From: Lama guanicoe | Lineage: Eukaryota | DNA length: 64,000 nt | Direction of reading: 5' to 3' | Assembly: GCA_013239625.1 (NCBI GenBank) | Contig: MU053334.1 | Span: forward strand, 693,190-757,189 | In this document: piece by piece, positions 62,111-64,000 of the stretch | Layout: the number at the start of each line of letters is the position of its first letter | Position numbering within the stretch: position 1 is the first letter of the stretch | Notes under the pieces: generated by a model | What the model was told of the DNA's origin: nothing | The model's input: only the letters and a program-made list of their open reading frames with translations | Databases searched by the model: none | Position numbers and translations under genes: made by a program

Positions 62111-63244
62111 CCTGCTCCCCACATTTCCCCCAAGCGCTGGCTGCCCCATCTCGCCAGAGGGAAGCGGCCCCTCCATCCGCCCCTCTCCGCCAGGTACCCT
62201 CCTTCCCCGGGCCCTCTCTACAGGCTCAGGAAGCCTCAAATATCAGGCTGAGCGCTCAGTTGCCTTCAACAGATAGGTCTGGGTGGAAAGGAATTTATGC
62301 ACGGATACTGGGTAGCTCACAGCACTGCCAGGAGAGCCGGGGAGGTGGAGAACTTCTGAGACCATGGGCCACTCACAGGGGCCTCTTCTGTGACTCTAAG
62401 CCCCCGGTCTCCTGCCCTTCCCCCTGGTGGAGACCAGCAAGTGAAACCTTTCCATCCCAGCCTCCCTGGCAGCAGCGGGGGTCCAAGGACGCAGCTACAG
62501 TCAAGGGGGTAAACCAGAGGTCTGCTGGGGAGGCTCCCTTCCCCAAAGGAAGGACCAAGCCTGGGGCAGAGAGGTGCTTGGACTTCTGCTGCTTCTGCAG
62601 GGGCATGATGCCTGGAGGTACAAGACCACAGGGATGGACGCCTCTGGCTAAGAACAAGGATGGAGAAGACAGAACTTAGGACCCGGCTGACATGCTGCCC
62701 GCCGTAGTGTGCCCGCCCTTTAGATACTTGAAACACCACTCACCCCTCCCTGACGGGCCCAACCTGAGTCTTGTCTGGGCCGGTCAGGTGCGCGGAGACA
62801 CTGTTCTCCTTTTATTGTCTTCATCCCTGTGTGGCTCACAGGGAAAACCGCACACTTTTCCACCAACCACCTGAGACAGTGAGGAAAGACACTCCCCACA
62901 GACAAAGGAAAGTGGGGAACTCGCTTAACACACAGCTGCTCAGAAAGGAGCAACACGCAGATAGCCGCCTGGGGCTCCGTCCATACAGCCCAACAAGTGG
63001 CCGTGGTTGAAATGCACGACTTCGCCTGGTGCCAGGCACTCTGCAGTTGCCTCACTGCCTAGCACAGTGACCCAAAGCATCCTTCCTGAGGAGTGCAAGC
63101 CCTGGGAGTTCCTGTGTGCACCCAGTTGCTACAACCTTCCCTTAACTGTCACTGGAGCTTCAGGCAGTCCTCCAAGGTTGTGTCCACCTTCCTGCCTCAC
63201 TACCAGCAGTCCTGTGTCTCCATGGGAGTCTGGGTTTTGGGTCT

Positions 63245-63340
63245 GTGCTCTTCCACTTACTGACTGGGTGACTTGGATAAGTTGTTTAATGTCCCAGTGA
63301 CTCAAGGCCTTTATTAGTGTAATGGGAGTAATAATGTGAT
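63245..63340 (+). mobile_element. MIR SINE fragment
   Basis: cttccacttactgactgggtgacttggataagttgtttaat...gtaatgggagtaataat. Confidence 0.6.
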
Positions 63341-64000
63341 CAGGTCACAGGTATCGGCTGAAGATGAGGAAGCAGGGAGGTATGACTTGGTGTATCAGGA
63401 GGGTGACCCACCTGCTCAGGCAACTTACTTGTGCTCCAGGTCCATCCACTTTCCCCTTGCTGATGGTTTCCTGTGAGGCACACCCCACTTTATGGCTTCA
63501 TGTCAGCCAGTCTGTAATGGGCAGTTCAGATCTCATGGTCATGTGATGTCCCATTGTCTTAGGGACAGCCCAGAAATGGACCTCAGTGGCAAGCCCGAAC
63601 TTATATCTCAGAGAATCATGATTTATTTCATAAGACGATATGGCTTTGCTCCAAAAGCCTGGGGCCCTCCTATCTCATTCTTCTATTAGAGTTGCCACAG
63701 TCCCCACAGAGCACCGCTGGATCTGTCGAGTCAGAAGTTCCAAGTGATAGAACTGCTTATAACGCAGCCTCAGCTAAATCTTCTTCTCAGTTCAAAGCTA
63801 GTACACCCTTAGGTCTCTTGATAATTTGATAAGAACCGTACACTCATTGAGTGCTGGTCAGAGACTGTACATTACTTGCCCAATATCCGTATCCTCTTCT
63901 TTCTTCTTCCTTTTCTTCTGATTCTCTTCCGTCGCCACCTCCTCCTTCTTTTACTCAGCTTCCCATGTAGACAGGGTGGCCGATGAGATGTAAATGGAAG

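Noticed and set aside
61248..62679. ORFs of 225-242 aa across the CpG island
   Set aside because: Arg/Gly/Pro/Ala-rich translations typical of CpG islands; only the 17-nt MOB2 start exon is supported.

Overview
GC-rich mammalian genomic DNA, probably from a camelid (inferred from tRNA-derived SINEs resembling camelid vic-1). The + strand starts with the 3' end of BRSK2 (SAD-A kinase): three in-phase alternative terminal acceptors (107, 155, 549), then the 3'UTR and a polyA signal at 2072. Facing it on the - strand is the complete MOB2 gene. It has a distal CpG-island first exon (MDWLMG, 61863-61879), an alternative first exon (MLGDH..., 25637-25746), four common coding exons and a polyA signal at 8965. 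Introns and the intergenic gap contain L1 remnants of several ages, an LTR-internal-LTR MaLR element, SINEs, DNA-transposon fossils and MIRs. The most striking anomaly is an in-frame 147-bp tandem duplication in the last MOB2 exon, repeating the C-terminal helices of the MOB fold. Its mismatch pattern looks like a short-read assembly artefact, so it needs verification. Also notable: a ~110-bp inverted duplication in MOB2 intron 1 with a perfect 19-bp hairpin in one arm, and an old L1 remnant apparently converted AT->GC into a CpG-rich patch. I found no convincing new biological system. Gene and repeat identities rest on recalled sequences, not database searches.
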